Assembly: GCA_039586365.1 (NCBI GenBank)
Contig: JBDHKN010000102.1
Location: 1 to 24,308, forward strand
Reading direction: 5' to 3'
Source of the DNA: Gemmatimonadota bacterium
Lineage (GTDB): Bacteria; Gemmatimonadota; Gemmatimonadetes; Gemmatimonadales; GWC2-71-9
Length of the DNA: 24,308 bases
Each line of letters opens with the position of its first letter. Within the stretch, counting starts at the first letter, position 1. This document shows positions 23,302-24,308 of this stretch, piece after piece. Made by a program: the position numbers and the translations under genes. The notes beneath the pieces were generated by a model. That model was not told the DNA's origin, did not search any database, and worked only from the letters and a program-made list of their open reading frames with translations.

Positions 23302-24308
23302 ATGCGTGGTGTGGTGTTGCAGCTTATCGTGGTCAGCGCCCTATCGGCGGGGCTGGTTACTGCCAGTCGCGCTCAACGTACGGCGCCCGATTTCTTTGCC
23401 GACCGAAGTACGTTCGAATTCATCCTCTACACCGATCTCGGTGCGCTTCTCGCCGACCGCTCACTCGACAGTCCCGAGCGGCCGGGGGAGGTGGGATACT
23501 GGGCGTCGGATAGCACGCCTATCTGGATTCCCGTCGAGGTGAAGACACGGGGCCTCTACCGTCTGCGCGAAGACAATTGTGACTTTCCGCCGCTGAGGCT
23601 CGATTTTCCCGCGCGGGAACTCCGGGGGACGATCTTCGACGGTCAGAACAAGCTCAAGTTGGTTACGCATTGCCGGACGGATGATCCTGAATTCCAGCAA
23701 TATGTAGTGCTAGAATACCTGGCGTACCGAGTCTACGAGATCTTGGCAACCAAGAGTTTCCGGGCGACGCTGGTGAAAGTCATGTACGCAGATGTGGCGG
23801 AGGAGTACGAGCCGATCAACCGCTACGGCTTCCTAGTGGAGGATGTCGACGACTTGGCCGCCCGCTTCGGCATGAAGGAAGTGGACCTAGACGGGTTCCA
23901 CGGGCTGCTTGCTGACGATTTCGAGTTGGGCGTCCACGACGTGTTCCAGTACATGATCGGCAACACGGACTGGTCCACCATCTTGAGCCACAATGTGAAG
24001 TTCCTGCAGGACCCGGAGGGAAACATCACGGTTGTGCCGTTTGACTTCGACTGGTCGGGCGCGGTGGCACCACCGTACGCGAAGCCCGCTCCCGATGTTC
24101 CCACCGACGACGTCCGTGAGCGGTTCTACATGGGTGTGTGCCGCATGACGGACCATCTCACCGCGGTGTTTCAACATTTCGTCGAGCACAAGGACGCGAT
24201 CTACCAACTCTACCGGAACGAAGCAGCCCTCGGGGCCGAGCAGCGAGATCGGTTGCTCGCGTATTACGACGAGTTCTACGAGACGATCACCGACGATCGC
24301 CTTGCCCA
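23302..24308 (+). CDS. Secreted CotH-like atypical kinase-fold protein (3' truncated; absent from the ORF track)
   Basis: My translation from ATG 23302 (GAGGA SD) is open to the window end: MRGVVLQLIVVSALSAGLVTASRAQ (signal)...VKTRGLYRL..NCDFPPLRLDF...QNKLKLVTHC...LEYLAYRVY...YGFLVE...FQYMIGNTDWS...HNVKF...VPFDFDWSG. Confidence 0.82.
   Translation, partial: MRGVVLQLIVVSALSAGLVTASRAQRTAPDFFADRSTFEFILYTDLGALLADRSLDSPERPGEVGYWASDSTPIWIPVEVKTRGLYRLREDNCDFPPLRLDFPARELRGTIFDGQNKLKLVTHCRTDDPEFQQYVVLEYLAYRVYEILATKSFRATLVKVMYADVAEEYEPINRYGFLVEDVDDLAARFGMKEVDLDGFHGLLADDFELGVHDVFQYMIGNTDWSTILSHNVKFLQDPEGNITVVPFDFDWSGAVAPPYAKPAPDVPTDDVRERFYMGVCRMTDHLTAVFQHFVEHKDAIYQLYRNEAALGAEQRDRLLAYYDEFYETITDDRLA

Noticed and set aside
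23291..24207. Small ORFs listed near the right edge
   Set aside because: They are alternative frames or antisense of the uninterrupted CotH-like gene starting at 23302.

Overview
This is a GC-rich bacterial chromosomal window. The Ser/Thr kinase with a TolB-like domain and TPRs, and several secreted hypothetical proteins, suggest Gemmatimonadota, but that is an inference. About 19 protein genes are supported. In order: the 3' end of an AmmeMemoRadiSam radical SAM gene, a YqjM/NamA-type old yellow enzyme, a lipoprotein fusing a gluzincin peptidase to a glucodextranase DOMON-like domain, a membrane spermidine-synthase-like protein, a PAL-like NHL propeller, a Hanks kinase, a Vps62/NPP1-like protein fused to a beta-barrel, a YghO/bCerS-like GNAT, an orphan CheR, an FmdB zinc ribbon, a Tat aldo/keto reductase with an Fe-S domain, a DRG/TGS GTPase, a MarR-GNAT, a methyltransferase, an enoyl-CoA hydratase/isomerase, two hypotheticals, an ATC-hydrolase-family protein, a frameshifted exported methyltransferase, and a secreted CotH-like kinase that the ORF track missed because it runs off the right edge. 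No rRNA, tRNA, CRISPR array or transposase was seen. The intergenic DNA is structured: three alternating copies of an 18-22 bp repeat (REP/MITE-like), two arrays of one decamer, a heptamer array, an 11-bp duplication at the GTPase start codon, and a promoter followed by a candidate pseudoknotted 5' leader. The best candidate for an undescribed system is the co-oriented PAL-like propeller / kinase / Vps62-barrel cluster at 6249-11815. All protein family calls come from motif recognition by eye, not database searches.
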